The translations under genes and the position numbers were made by a program. From Myxococcota bacterium (GTDB lineage Bacteria > Myxococcota_A > UBA9160 > UBA4427), in assembly GCA_965250285.1 (NCBI GenBank), contig OZ252299.1, forward strand, positions 3,936,001 to 4,000,000: a stretch of DNA of 64,000 bases, read 5' to 3'. The notes below the pieces were generated by a model. It was given only the letters and a program-made list of their open reading frames with translations, did no database searches and was not told the origin of the DNA. Shown here piece after piece: positions 27,261-37,337 of the stretch (positions are counted from its first letter, which is position 1; each line of letters starts with the position of its first letter).

Positions 27261-27984
27261 CGACGATCCCCAGCAGCTCGGTCAGTGCGCCGATCGTGTA
27301 GTCGGGGTCGGCCGTGACCTCGAGCCCCTGGCTGAGCGGCGCCGCACCGGCGCGATCGGCAATGTGCACGGCGCGCAGCCCCGCTGCGCTCGCGCCGGCG
27401 ACGTCGTGGTGGAGCGAGTCGCCCACGAAGAGCGCCTCGTGGGCGCCGAGCCCGCCCTTCTCGAGCGAATAGTGATAGATGCCGGTGTGCGGCTTGCACG
27501 AGCGCGCCTCTTCCGAGCTCGTCCAATCGTCGAGGACCGCATCGAGGCCATGCTTCTCGACCAGCGGCGCGAGCTGGTCGTCATCGATGTTCGAGACGAT
27601 CGAGAGATAGAGACCGCGCTCCTTGAGGGCCGACAGCGTGGCGAGGGTGTCGTCGCGCAGGGGCAGATGGTCGACCACCGCGCGGGTCTGGGCCTCGGCG
27701 AAGCGATCGGCGACGCCGTCGGGCACCGACTTCTCGAAGCGCGCTGCGAACGACTGAAGCGTCTGGTCGAAGAGCTCGCGGTGCAGAAAGAAGTCGCGCT
27801 CGGCGAACGTTCGCATCGTATCGGCGTTGCATTCGCCCCAAGCGCGACCGATGTCGCGCTTGCGCGCCTCGATGCCGAGCGCCTCGGCGGCGTCGAAGAT
27901 CGCGCGCCCCATCTCGGGCCCGAGGTGGTAGCTGAAGAGCGTGCCCCCCAGGTCGAACAACAATCCACGAACCGGCTTCGCCAT
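27241..27984 (-). CDS. HAD-superfamily hydrolase
   Basis: FDLGGTL, VSN, CKPH, FVGDSLHHDV. Start at MAKPVRG; overlaps the kinase gene by 20 nt. Confidence 0.88.
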   Translation of the reverse strand: MAKPVRGLLFDLGGTLFSYHLGPEMGRAIFDAAEALGIEARKRDIGRAWGECNADTMRTFAERDFFLHRELFDQTLQSFAARFEKSVPDGVADRFAEAQTRAVVDHLPLRDDTLATLSALKERGLYLSIVSNIDDDQLAPLVEKHGLDAVLDDWTSSEEARSCKPHTGIYHYSLEKGGLGAHEALFVGDSLHHDVAGASAAGLRAVHIADRAGAAPLSQGLEVTADPDYTIGALTELLGIVDELNAG

Positions 27985-28127
27985 GCGCGGATGGTGCCAC
28001 AGGCCCGCGTCCGACGCGCTCGAAGGCGCGCGGAACGGCGCCGGTCGGGTGGCGTGGCGCTCGCGCTCGGCCTTCGATCGCGCGGCGCGTATCCGATCCG
28101 GTCGGCGCGGCGCGTGCGGCCCTTCGC

Positions 28128-28751
28128 TCACTCGCGCCGAGCGACGACGAATCGACTCGGCGGCTTGAGCGGGAAGGTGCCCGTCTCGTCGACGCGAAAT
28201 CCGTTCGCGGTGATCAGCCCCTCGAGCTCGGCGATTGTCATGCAGTGCACGAAGGGCGCCGCGCCGACGAGCCGCGCAGCGCCGATCACGATCTTCCAGA
28301 GCTTCGTCTGCTCGCCCAGGCAGACCGTCTTCGACACGAACACGCCGCCCGGCCGCAGCAACGCGTGGATCCGACGCATCGCGGCAGGTCCATCCTCGAT
28401 CAGGTGGATCAGGTTGAACGCGAGCACCGCGTCGAACTGCCCCGGCTCGAGCTTCTCGTCGAAGAGCTCGGCCTGTTGAAATCGAAGGGATGGCACGGGA
28501 TCGGCTTCGGCCTTCTGCCGGCCGATCTCGATCATGCGGCCCGACACATCCGTCGCGACGTATCGCTCGACGCTCGGGGCGAGCCGCAGCGCGGTCGTGC
28601 CCGTGCCGCAGCCGAGCTCGAGCACCGTGTCGTTCGGCCCGAGTCGAGCGCGCGTCTGCTCGAGGCATCGCTCGTAGCTCTCCATATCCTTGATCGGCGA
28701 CTTCGCGTAGCCGTCGGCGTGCTTGTCCCAGAAACGTTCGGTCGTGGCCAT
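28128..28751 (-). CDS. Class I SAM-dependent methyltransferase
   Basis: VLELGCGTG, FDAVLAFNLIH, LRPGGVF. Start at MATTERFW. Confidence 0.9.
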   Translation of the reverse strand: MATTERFWDKHADGYAKSPIKDMESYERCLEQTRARLGPNDTVLELGCGTGTTALRLAPSVERYVATDVSGRMIEIGRQKAEADPVPSLRFQQAELFDEKLEPGQFDAVLAFNLIHLIEDGPAAMRRIHALLRPGGVFVSKTVCLGEQTKLWKIVIGAARLVGAAPFVHCMTIAELEGLITANGFRVDETGTFPLKPPSRFVVARRE

Positions 28752-28851
28752 CGGGGCTCCCAGGGGCGCGTTTGCAGAGACGAACGGGCGCGGGCGCAGC
28801 CCGAGCTCCGAGCTGCTCCCCCTGTGTGTACGTTCGGGCGCGCGAGAAATT

Positions 28852-29751
28852 TCAGCCGGCGGACGCTTCGTCCGCGATGAAGCCGTCGGGCGAGACGGTC
28901 GCGGCCCACTCGCTCTGCGGGTCGCCGGCCACACGCACGTGCACCATGACCCGGGGTTCGCTGCGCGTGTAGGGGCGCGCGCGATGCAGCAACCTGCGGT
29001 TGTCCCAGAGCGCGACATCACCCGGCTGCCAGCGATGCTCGTAGACGCGGGGCGGCTGGCAAGCGAACGTCAGCAGCTCATCGAGCAGCGTCTCCGACGC
29101 CTCCGCCGACAGCCCGGGGATCTCGTGCGCATGTCGACCGATGTACAGGGCCCGATGCCCTGTCTGGGGATGCACCTTGACGATCGGGCGCAGCGGCTTG
29201 CCGTCTTCGTGAAAGCCGTAGCCCCGGCCCGGCTTCGCTCGGTGACCGAGCTTCGCCTGGGAATAGTAGATCGAGTGGTACGCCGAGAGGCCGTCGATGC
29301 GGACCTTCATGTCGTCGTCGAGCGCGTCGTAGGCAGACCGCATGTCGCCCCACTCGGTCCCGCCGCCCTCGGGCGGGACGACGCGCGCCGATAGCACTGA
29401 AGCGCGTGCGGCGAGCCGCATGTACGAGCTGTCGGTGTGCCAGCCCTCGTTGCCGCGCAACACCTGCACGAAGTCGAGCTTGTCGTCGGCGAGCGTGCCG
29501 TCCTTCGTCACGTTCGAGAGCGGGACCGCCTTCATGTCGGGGTTGGGCGTCAGGCGCTCGATCTCACCGAAGTGCTCGGCGAAGGCCACCTGATCTTCCG
29601 ACTCGAGGTGCTGGCCCGGAAAGATCAGCAGCCCGTGCTCGAGAAAGGCGGCGTCGATCCAGTCCCAGGGCAGCGCGCCGGGCTTCGACAGTTCGACCCC
29701 GGTCACGAAGGCACCGAACGTCGCGTCGCAGCGCTCGAGGGTCGGCGTCAT
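28852..29751 (-). CDS. TauD/TfdA family Fe(II)/2-oxoglutarate dioxygenase
   Basis: WHTDSSY, GGGTEWGDM, WDNRRLLHRA. Start at MTPTLER. Confidence 0.9.
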   Translation of the reverse strand: MTPTLERCDATFGAFVTGVELSKPGALPWDWIDAAFLEHGLLIFPGQHLESEDQVAFAEHFGEIERLTPNPDMKAVPLSNVTKDGTLADDKLDFVQVLRGNEGWHTDSSYMRLAARASVLSARVVPPEGGGTEWGDMRSAYDALDDDMKVRIDGLSAYHSIYYSQAKLGHRAKPGRGYGFHEDGKPLRPIVKVHPQTGHRALYIGRHAHEIPGLSAEASETLLDELLTFACQPPRVYEHRWQPGDVALWDNRRLLHRARPYTRSEPRVMVHVRVAGDPQSEWAATVSPDGFIADEASAG

Positions 29752-30680
29752 GCGTGGCCTCCTCGCGTTCTCTCTTCGGTGCCGGGCCAGCGTTCGACCA
29801 GCACGTCGAGGATCTCCTGCGACGCGCCGAGCGCGCCGATGTGTCCCTCGCCCGGATGCACACGCAGCTCGGCGTTCGGGAGCCGGGCGGCGAGATGCTG
29901 ACCGTGCTCGAGCGGCACGATGCGGTCGGCGTCGCCATAGCGGAGCAGCGTCGGCACGGTCACGTCGCACAGCTCGAAGCCCCAGTGTCGGCCGAAGAGC
30001 ACGCCGTCGATCCAGACCGCGTGCATCTGAGTCTTGCTGCCGCGCAGCAGGTCGTCTTTGAACATCGCTCGGGTCGAGGCATCGGACAGCACGAGCTTGT
30101 CGCCGGGCGGCATGGCGCTCGCGAACAGATCGATGGCGGTCTCGGCCGCCGGCTCGAGCAGCCGGACGAGCCCGCGCATGGCGCTGCCCAGCGGCGCCCA
30201 GGTGCGCGCGACGACCGGCGACATGGTGCGCGTGAGGTCGTTGGCCCCCCCGCCGATGGCGTCCTCGCCCACCGACGGCGCCACCCCACCCAGTACGATG
30301 GCGAGCGCCACCCGCTTGGGCAGCTCGTGGGCACAGGCGAGCGCGTAGGGCCCTCCGCCCGAGAGACCGACCACCGCGAATCGCTCGATCCCGAGCGCGT
30401 CGCAGAGCTGCTCGATGTCGCCCGCGAAATCGACGACCGCGTCGTGCACGTGGGGCGACGAGTCGCCGATGCCCGGTCGTTCGACGGCGACGATGCGAAT
30501 GCCCTGCCGCCACGCGAGCCGCCTCGCGTCGGGCGCGATCTGCCGTCGACCACCCGGTGTGCCGTGAAACCAGAGCAGCGGGAGCCCGTCGACGGGACCG
30601 AACTCGGCGAAGCCGAGCTTTCGCTCAGCATCGAGGCGGATGCTCCCTTCGAAGCGCGGCTCGTCCAGCAGCGTGTTCAC
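29748..30680 (-). CDS. Alpha/beta fold hydrolase
   Basis: FHGTPG, ERPGIGDS, GLSGGG, GEGH. Its stop overlaps the TauD ATG (ATGA). Confidence 0.88.
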   Translation of the reverse strand: MNTLLDEPRFEGSIRLDAERKLGFAEFGPVDGLPLLWFHGTPGGRRQIAPDARRLAWRQGIRIVAVERPGIGDSSPHVHDAVVDFAGDIEQLCDALGIERFAVVGLSGGGPYALACAHELPKRVALAIVLGGVAPSVGEDAIGGGANDLTRTMSPVVARTWAPLGSAMRGLVRLLEPAAETAIDLFASAMPPGDKLVLSDASTRAMFKDDLLRGSKTQMHAVWIDGVLFGRHWGFELCDVTVPTLLRYGDADRIVPLEHGQHLAARLPNAELRVHPGEGHIGALGASQEILDVLVERWPGTEERTRGGHA

Positions 30681-30820
30681 GCGCAACCCTCCGTCGCGTT
30701 CGATGGTGTCGGTCGTTCGAGGCGCTCGCAAGCCCGCGCGGCGCCGTGCGTCCGAACTTCGCCGGTATGACGCTCACGCGCCCGGGGGCGCCTCTGCGCG
30801 CCGCGGGGCGCGCGGCCATG

Positions 30821-31639
30821 ATGCCCGACCAGGGGAAGCCAGTCGGTCTGGTACCGTGTCGTCTCCGTCCGGAGAGCCTCCTGGAACCGACGCTGCCCAC
30901 GATCCCGCTCACGAGCCTGCTGCTCGCCTTCGCGCCGAGCGTCGTCCTCGTGGTCGTGTTGTGGCGCTGGCGAGTCGATGCCCGCGAAGCCGTCTACGCC
31001 AATGCGCGCATGCTGGGGCAGCTGCTGCTCGTCGGGTACGTCCTGACCTTCGTCTTCACCACGGACCGACCGGTCGTCGTCGTCGCCGTCTTCGTCGTGA
31101 TGATGATCGCAGCCGCGTGGATCGCCATGCGCCCGATCCGAAGCCTGGGAACGCGTCGCTACCTGATCGTGCTCGTCGCGCTCGGGGGCAATGGTCTCCT
31201 CATGCTCGCTCTCGTCACCCAGGTCGTGCTCGATCTGCCGCGCTGGTTCGAGCCTCGTTACACGGTGCCGCTGGCAGGCATGGTGTTCGCCAACACGATG
31301 AACACCGTGAGCCTCGCCGCCGAACGCTACGCATCGGAGCGCCGACGTCACGCGAGATGGATCGAGGCACGCAACGCCGCCCTCGACGCGGCCCTCATCC
31401 CGCAGGTCAACGCGCTGCTCGCCGTTGGTCTCGTGTCGCTGCCCGGCATGATGACGGGCCAGATCCTCTCGGGCGTCGAGCCGCTGGTCGCGGTGCGGTA
31501 CCAGATCATGGTGATGTGCATGGTGTTCGGCGCCGGGGGCCTGGGCGCCGTCTCGTATCTCGCGCTGGTGCACCGATTCGACGAGGCGGTCGACGATGCG
31601 AGCGATTCGGACATTGAGTCGACGAGATCGCACGGATAG
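30821..31639 (+). CDS. UPF0014 / FetB(YbbM)-like ABC permease subunit
   Basis: RMLGQLLLVGYVL, PRYTVPLAGMVFAN, VGLVSLPGMMTGQILSG..P..AVRYQI. Start uncertain. Confidence 0.82.
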   Translation: MPDQGKPVGLVPCRLRPESLLEPTLPTIPLTSLLLAFAPSVVLVVVLWRWRVDAREAVYANARMLGQLLLVGYVLTFVFTTDRPVVVVAVFVVMMIAAAWIAMRPIRSLGTRRYLIVLVALGGNGLLMLALVTQVVLDLPRWFEPRYTVPLAGMVFANTMNTVSLAAERYASERRRHARWIEARNAALDAALIPQVNALLAVGLVSLPGMMTGQILSGVEPLVAVRYQIMVMCMVFGAGGLGAVSYLALVHRFDEAVDDASDSDIESTRSHG

Positions 31640-31669
31640 TCTCGCGCGACACCCCACCCCGGAGCCCCG

Positions 31670-32398
31670 ATGGCCTTCACGCGAACGTGTCTGCAGGTTC
31701 AGTCTTCGTCCTACACGACGGGCCTCTTCCTCGTGCCGATCGAGGCCGCACGCAGCATCGTGCCCGACGACTACTTTCGGGTCGCCGAGATCTTCGATGG
31801 CCAGGCCGTCTTCTTCGTCGGCACCGGCGAGTTTCGCAAGGCCGACCTGGGCCCGTACCGCGAGCTGTACGTCGGGTTCTACACCGAGAACCGCGAGACG
31901 AGTGAGCCCGCCACCGTCGCGTCGAACAAGGCCGAGTTCGAGCGCAACGCGTCGAAGATGTACATGTGGAAGAACTGGGTGAACACGGACGTCGCCGTCC
32001 GAAAGATGGACGAGGTCGGGTCGAGAGTCTTTCGACGGGGCGAGATCGACCACAGCGTCGCAGACGGCGACGCGATCTTCTGGATGCAACACCCGAGCGA
32101 AGGCTCGATTCGATTCACGTGCCCCACCGAGTCGGCGCTCGTGCAGCGCGACTTCGCGATGGAGCGCACGCACTACGGCCGACTGCACGAAGAGCCGTCG
32201 CGCTGCACCCTCGAGCTCGAGATCGACTCGATGGTCACGAGCCCCGGGCAGGGCCGGCTCGTGCTCGAGGGCGAGATCGCGCGCGAGTGCGAACCGCTGA
32301 AGCTCGCCGATCGGCCGATCGTCTCGATCTGGATCGAAGAGATGCACTTCGCCATGCAGAAGCCGCTCGGGCTGCCGGCCACGCCGCCGACCGCATGA
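31670..32398 (+). CDS. Acetoacetate-decarboxylase-like fold protein (hypothetical)
   Basis: ARSIVP, EFRKADLGPYRELYVG and WVNT resemble the ADC-family core. Confidence 0.5.
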   Translation: MAFTRTCLQVQSSSYTTGLFLVPIEAARSIVPDDYFRVAEIFDGQAVFFVGTGEFRKADLGPYRELYVGFYTENRETSEPATVASNKAEFERNASKMYMWKNWVNTDVAVRKMDEVGSRVFRRGEIDHSVADGDAIFWMQHPSEGSIRFTCPTESALVQRDFAMERTHYGRLHEEPSRCTLELEIDSMVTSPGQGRLVLEGEIARECEPLKLADRPIVSIWIEEMHFAMQKPLGLPATPPTA

Positions 32399-32416
32399 GC
32401 TCGCACCTAGGCCGGG

Positions 32417-33268
32417 CTACTTCGAGTCGGGCCCGCCCTCGCGCCCGCGATAGTCGCCGAACTTCTCGTCGCGCTTGCTGAGCGCCTTCTTGTGGTCTTG
32501 CGCCATCTCCTTGAGATAGGCGCGGGCCGAGGGCTGATGAAACGCGAGCGCCTGCATCTCGGTGCCGGCGCGGATCGCCGCGCGCGTACCCATGATCTCC
32601 ATCGCGCGGTGCACCGTGCGCTTGTTGAGCTGCTGCAGATCGCTGGGAATCTTCGCGATGCGCTCGGCCTTGTCGAGCACGGCCTCGTCGAGCTCGTCGC
32701 GCGGAAACGCACGGTTCGCGAGGCCCATCTGCACGGCCTCGACGCCGCTGATCGAGTCACCGGTCAGCATCATCTCCATGGCGTTTCGCATTCCGGCGAG
32801 CCAGGGAAAGAACTGGTTGTCGGGCGGGCTCATGAGCCGCACCGGCGGGTACCCGATCTGCGCATCTTCGGCGACGTAGGCGAGGTCGCACGCCGACATC
32901 AACTCGGTGCCGCCCGCGAGGCAGTAGCCGTGCACCTGGGCGACGACCGGCTTCGCGAGATCCCAGATCTTGAACGCCCCTTCGACGACATGCCGCGGCC
33001 AGAAGCCGTCGCCCATGGCCGTATCGAAGGGCATGTGGGCGGCCGGGTTCTGGGTGAGGTCGTAGCCAGCCGAGAAGCTCTCGCCCGCGCCGCGCAGAAT
33101 GCTCACGCGCACGTTCGGATCGGCGTCGGCCTGCTGCAGCGCGTCGAGGTACTCGCCGCGCAGCCGATTGCTCAGCGCGTTGCGCTTGTCGGGGCGATTC
33201 AGCGTGATGCGCCGCACGCCGCGGCGCGGATCCTCCACCACGATGTGTTCGTATTCGGTCGTCGTCAT
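32417..33268 (-). CDS. Enoyl-CoA hydratase/isomerase (crotonase) family
   Basis: ITLNRPDKRNAL, FSAGYDL, AQVHGYCLAGG. Confidence 0.9.
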   Translation of the reverse strand: MTTTEYEHIVVEDPRRGVRRITLNRPDKRNALSNRLRGEYLDALQQADADPNVRVSILRGAGESFSAGYDLTQNPAAHMPFDTAMGDGFWPRHVVEGAFKIWDLAKPVVAQVHGYCLAGGTELMSACDLAYVAEDAQIGYPPVRLMSPPDNQFFPWLAGMRNAMEMMLTGDSISGVEAVQMGLANRAFPRDELDEAVLDKAERIAKIPSDLQQLNKRTVHRAMEIMGTRAAIRAGTEMQALAFHQPSARAYLKEMAQDHKKALSKRDEKFGDYRGREGGPDSK

Positions 33269-33398
33269 GGGTCCATCCGGTGTACGGGTTTCGGGTCAGT
33301 ATATGTCGCATCCGCAGGGGCCCTCCATCCAGGATGCGCGTGGCGTTGTGTCAGAGACGGGCGTCATCGACGCGTGGCGGATCGGGTACGATTCGACC

Positions 33399-34319
33399 AT
33401 GCGCGCTGCTCCGCTCCGAGACATCACCCGCGACGAGATCGAGCGCTTCGACCGCGACGGCGCGGTGCTGCTGAAGTCGATCCTGCCCGAAGCCTGGGTG
33501 CGCGTGCTCGAAGAGGGGCTCGACGACGCAATCGCCCACCCGACGCCGCTGTCGTCGGGCGTCGGCACCGACCTGCGCACCGATCAGTTTCCGGCGAGTC
33601 ACTCGAAGGGGCTGGCGCGCATCGTCGAAGAGTCACCGGTCGCCGAGATCGTCGGCCGCTGCCTCGAGAGCTCGGTTCGTTTCTACATGGATCAGATGTT
33701 CGCGAAGCGGGCCGGCCCCATCTCGGCGACGCCGTGGCATCAGGACACCTGCTACTACAACCTCGATGGCCACGATCTGATCCGCGCCTGGATCTCCCCC
33801 GACCCGATCCCGCGCGAAGCGAGCATCGAGATCGTGCGCGGCTCGCACCACTGGAACGTGACGTACAGGCCACTCGCGGGGCGCGACCCCGATCACGACG
33901 CCGAAGCGCGCGCGCAGCAAGAGCGCGCCTCGGATGCCACGCCGATGATCGGTGCCGACGCGCACAAACAGTGGACCTACTTCGACGGCGTTCGCGACAT
34001 GACGCTGCCGCCCGTGCCCGACATCGAGGGCCGGCGTGCGTCGTTCGACGTGCTCGGCTGGGCCTACGAGCCGGGCGACGTGCTGCTCTTTCACGGACAC
34101 ATCCTGCACGGTGCGGCCGGTGGGGCCGAGCTGCCGAACCCGCGCCGCGCACACGCTTCGCTCTGGGCCGGCGACGACGTGCGCTACCTGCACCGCAAGG
34201 GCCAGGTCGTCCCCGATCCCGAAGCGCTCTACGCGTTCGAGCCGAAGTCGGGGCAACCGCTCTCCGACTTTCCTTCGGTGTTCCCCGTTGCGTGGGCGCC
34301 CGAAGCCCGGCGCGGCTAG
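33399..34319 (+). CDS. Phytanoyl-CoA dioxygenase (PhyH) family Fe/2OG dioxygenase
   Basis: FDRDGAV, TPWHQD, GSHHW, PGDVLLFH..ILHG. Start at MRAAPLRD. Confidence 0.88.
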   Translation: MRAAPLRDITRDEIERFDRDGAVLLKSILPEAWVRVLEEGLDDAIAHPTPLSSGVGTDLRTDQFPASHSKGLARIVEESPVAEIVGRCLESSVRFYMDQMFAKRAGPISATPWHQDTCYYNLDGHDLIRAWISPDPIPREASIEIVRGSHHWNVTYRPLAGRDPDHDAEARAQQERASDATPMIGADAHKQWTYFDGVRDMTLPPVPDIEGRRASFDVLGWAYEPGDVLLFHGHILHGAAGGAELPNPRRAHASLWAGDDVRYLHRKGQVVPDPEALYAFEPKSGQPLSDFPSVFPVAWAPEARRG

Positions 34320-34351
34320 GCGCACCCGGGCATTCGGGCATTCGGCGCGCG

Positions 34352-34759
34352 TCAGCTCGCGTCGCGCATCGTGGCGAAGGTCTCGGCGTCCATGATGCCG
34401 GCGATCGACCCGTCGGGCGCGAACATGGCCATCGGCCCCTCCGACGCGAACAGGTAGATCGTCTCTTCGGGGAACTCGGTGCGCTCGTGCACCGCGCCCA
34501 TGGGTTCGCGGGCGAAGCAGCCTGCCGTCGCGACCCCGCCGCGGTACTCGATGCGCCCCGAGAGCACGAAGAAGTCGGCGGCCGAGAGATGCTTGTGCGG
34601 CGGCGCATGGGTGCCCGCTTCCTGTTTGAAGAGCACCGTCCACGCCCCGGTCTCGGCGCAGGTCCGCAGAATCTTGCCCCAGGCGCCCTCCCCCATCGGG
34701 ATCCAGGGCAGATGCTCGGTGTCGATCACGAGTTCGGTGGGCTCGAACGCCACGCTCAT
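34352..34759 (-). CDS. ChrR-like / 2,4'-dihydroxyacetophenone-dioxygenase-type cupin
   Basis: LPWIP, PHKH, EPMGAVH metal-binding pattern. Confidence 0.75.
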   Translation of the reverse strand: MSVAFEPTELVIDTEHLPWIPMGEGAWGKILRTCAETGAWTVLFKQEAGTHAPPHKHLSAADFFVLSGRIEYRGGVATAGCFAREPMGAVHERTEFPEETIYLFASEGPMAMFAPDGSIAGIMDAETFATMRDAS

Positions 34760-35982
34760 TCTCCTCGGTCGGATGCCTCGGGCTCGACGCCATCGACGAT
34801 GCCCGCCCCACGCAGCCGCGCGCGACCGGCCGCGTCGTAGCCGAGCTGGTCGAGGATCTCGTCGGTGTGTTCGCCGTGCAGAGGGGCCGTTGCGCCCGCG
34901 GCTTGCGGGGTCTTGTCGAAGCGAGCGGCCGGTCGCGCGCCGCGCATGCGCCCGGCCGTCGGATGATCGCGCTCGTAGATCGCTTCGTTGTGCACGATCT
35001 GCGGGTCTTCGAAGATCTGCTCGAGGTCGAGCACCGGCGCGGCCGGGACGCCTTCGGCCGAGAGTCGCTCGACGAGCTTCGCCGTGGGCTGGGCCGCGAA
35101 CTCCTGTACGAGCATCTCACCGATCGCCGCACGGTTCTCGGGGCGCGTGACCTCGCGCAGCGTCGAGAAGCGCTCGTCCTCGAGCCACTCTTCGCGGCCG
35201 AGCGCACGGTAGAGCCCGTGATACTCGACCTCACTCGCGACGAAGTACATCATGTGGCCATCGGCGGTCTCGGTCAGGTGATACGACTCGTAGAGCGTCG
35301 GACCGGGCCGGCGCACGTCGTCGCCGACCATCGTGTGCCGCATCATGCCATCGGGCCAGAAGAACGCGAGCGATGCGTCGAGCATCGGGACGCGGATGTG
35401 CTGCCCGCCCGCGCCGCGCTCGCGGGCGAAGAGGGCCGCCGTGATCGCCTGGGCCGCGGTGTACGCCGACGACTTGTCGCTGACCACGTTGCGCACCAGA
35501 TCACGAATCGGCACCTCGGGGTTCAGCTGGACGGCGACATGCCCCGTCAGCGATTGGATGATCGGGTCGTAGACGCGCCGATCGCTGTAGGGCCCGGTGT
35601 CGCCGTAGCCGCTGATCGAGCAGTAGACGAGACCCGGATTGATCTCGCGCAGCGCCGGCTCGCCGAGCCCCAGGCGCTCGGCCGCGCCCGGCCGCCAGTT
35701 CTGCACGAAGACGTCGGCCTCGCGCACCAGCTGCTTCACGATCTCGACGCCCTCTTCTTGCAGCAGGTCGATGGCGATCGCGCGCTTGCCGCGATTGTTG
35801 TTCGCGAAGAACGCGGTCAGGCCGCCGCGGCGGAACGCACCGAGCCGCAACAGATCGCCGTCGCCGGTCGGCTCGACGCGCACGACATCGGCCCCCTGAT
35901 CGGCGAGCATCATGGTCGCGAGCGGCCCCGATACGACCGCCGATACGTCGACGACCTTGATCCCTGCGAGCGGTCCCGGCAT
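34756..35982 (-). CDS. CaiB/BaiF family III CoA-transferase
   Basis: PLAGIKVVD, LADQGADV, NRGKR, SISGYG; catalytic Asp in VVSDK. Confidence 0.9.
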   Translation of the reverse strand: MPGPLAGIKVVDVSAVVSGPLATMMLADQGADVVRVEPTGDGDLLRLGAFRRGGLTAFFANNNRGKRAIAIDLLQEEGVEIVKQLVREADVFVQNWRPGAAERLGLGEPALREINPGLVYCSISGYGDTGPYSDRRVYDPIIQSLTGHVAVQLNPEVPIRDLVRNVVSDKSSAYTAAQAITAALFARERGAGGQHIRVPMLDASLAFFWPDGMMRHTMVGDDVRRPGPTLYESYHLTETADGHMMYFVASEVEYHGLYRALGREEWLEDERFSTLREVTRPENRAAIGEMLVQEFAAQPTAKLVERLSAEGVPAAPVLDLEQIFEDPQIVHNEAIYERDHPTAGRMRGARPAARFDKTPQAAGATAPLHGEHTDEILDQLGYDAAGRARLRGAGIVDGVEPEASDRGE

Positions 35983-36104
35983 GGCGCTCCTCCCGTCAGG
36001 GCGAGTGTCGGCCGGCGGCGGCCCGCTTGTCCACACGAATCGCGCGACCTTGGCCGCGCCCCGTGCTGGTTGTCGACCGGCCGGTGGAGTGGCAGCCTTT
36101 CGGC

Positions 36105-37322
36105 ATGGCTGCCCCCCTCGACGGAATCAAGGTGGTCGAGGTCGCGAGCTTCGTCGCGGCCCCGGCCTGCGGTGCCCTCCTCGCCGACCTCGGCGCCGAA
36201 GTCGTGAAGGTCGAGGTGCCCTGGGGCGAGATCTATCGCCACAGCGTGCCGCGACTCGCCGGCTACACGAGCGACTTCGCTGGCGCACCGCACTTTCAGA
36301 TGGACAACCGCGGCAAGAAGTCGCTCGCGCTCGATCTCGCCCTGCCGCAGGCGGTCGAGGTGCTCGCCCGACTGGTCGAGAGCGCCGACGTGCTGCTCAC
36401 GAACATGCTGCCCGAGCGTCAGGCGAAGTACGGCATCGACCCCGAGACGCTGTTGGCGAGGCACCCCCACCTCGTGATCGCCCGGCTGTCGGGCTTCGGC
36501 CCCGAAGGCGACGAGGCGAACGCGCCCGCCTTCGACTACTCGAGCTACTGGGCGCGCACCGGCCTGATGGATCAGCTGCACGAGCCCGGTGCACCGCCGG
36601 CGTTTCAGCGGCCCGGCATGGGCGATCACTCGGCGAGCCTCTCGCTCGCCGTCGGCATCCTGTCTGCGCTGCGCATGCGCGACCGCGAGGGGCCGACGTC
36701 GGGCGCCGGGCAGGTGATCGACGTGAATCTCCAGCACATCGGGCTCTACATCGAGGGCAACGACGCGGCGATGACGCTCGTGACCGGTGAATCCCCGCCG
36801 CGCCACGATCGGCGTCAGGCCCGCAACCCGCTCTGGAATCACTATCGCTGCGCGGACGACCGCTGGCTCTTCCTGGTGATGATCGAGTCGGATCGCTACT
36901 GGAAGGCGTTCACCGAAGCGATCGATCAGCCGGCGCTGGCCGACGACGAGCGCTTCGCGAGCGCGGTGCCGCGGTTCAAGCACTCGAAGGCGCTCATCGA
37001 GGCGCTCGATGCGGTGTTCGCCACGCGGAGCCTCGACGACTGGACGAAGGCCTTCGAGGGGCGACGTCTCATCTGGGCGCCGGTGCGCACGGTGGCCGAG
37101 GCGGTGCAAGACCCGCAGGCCATCGCGAACGGCAGCTTCCCGACCGTCGAGCACCCCGAGTGGGGCGCCTTCAAGACGATCGCACCGCCGCTGTCGATGA
37201 GCGGGCACGCCATGACCGGCACGTCGCCCGCACCGGGTCTCGGGGCCGACACGCTCGAGGTGCTGACCGAGGCCGGCATCGACGACGAGACGATCGCGCT
37301 GATCCTGGCCGCCGCAGGCTGA
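36105..37322 (+). CDS. CaiB/BaiF family III CoA-transferase
   Basis: PLDGIKVVE, LADLGAEV, NRGKKS, PGMGDH. Confidence 0.9.
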   Translation: MAAPLDGIKVVEVASFVAAPACGALLADLGAEVVKVEVPWGEIYRHSVPRLAGYTSDFAGAPHFQMDNRGKKSLALDLALPQAVEVLARLVESADVLLTNMLPERQAKYGIDPETLLARHPHLVIARLSGFGPEGDEANAPAFDYSSYWARTGLMDQLHEPGAPPAFQRPGMGDHSASLSLAVGILSALRMRDREGPTSGAGQVIDVNLQHIGLYIEGNDAAMTLVTGESPPRHDRRQARNPLWNHYRCADDRWLFLVMIESDRYWKAFTEAIDQPALADDERFASAVPRFKHSKALIEALDAVFATRSLDDWTKAFEGRRLIWAPVRTVAEAVQDPQAIANGSFPTVEHPEWGAFKTIAPPLSMSGHAMTGTSPAPGLGADTLEVLTEAGIDDETIALILAAAG

Positions 37323-37337
37323 GCGGGGAGCGACGCC

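Noticed and set aside
32492..34840. 782-aa plus-strand ORF and similar Arg/Ala-rich ORFs throughout the track
   Set aside because: They are off-frame or antisense to well-supported genes and have low-complexity composition typical of spurious ORFs in high-GC DNA.
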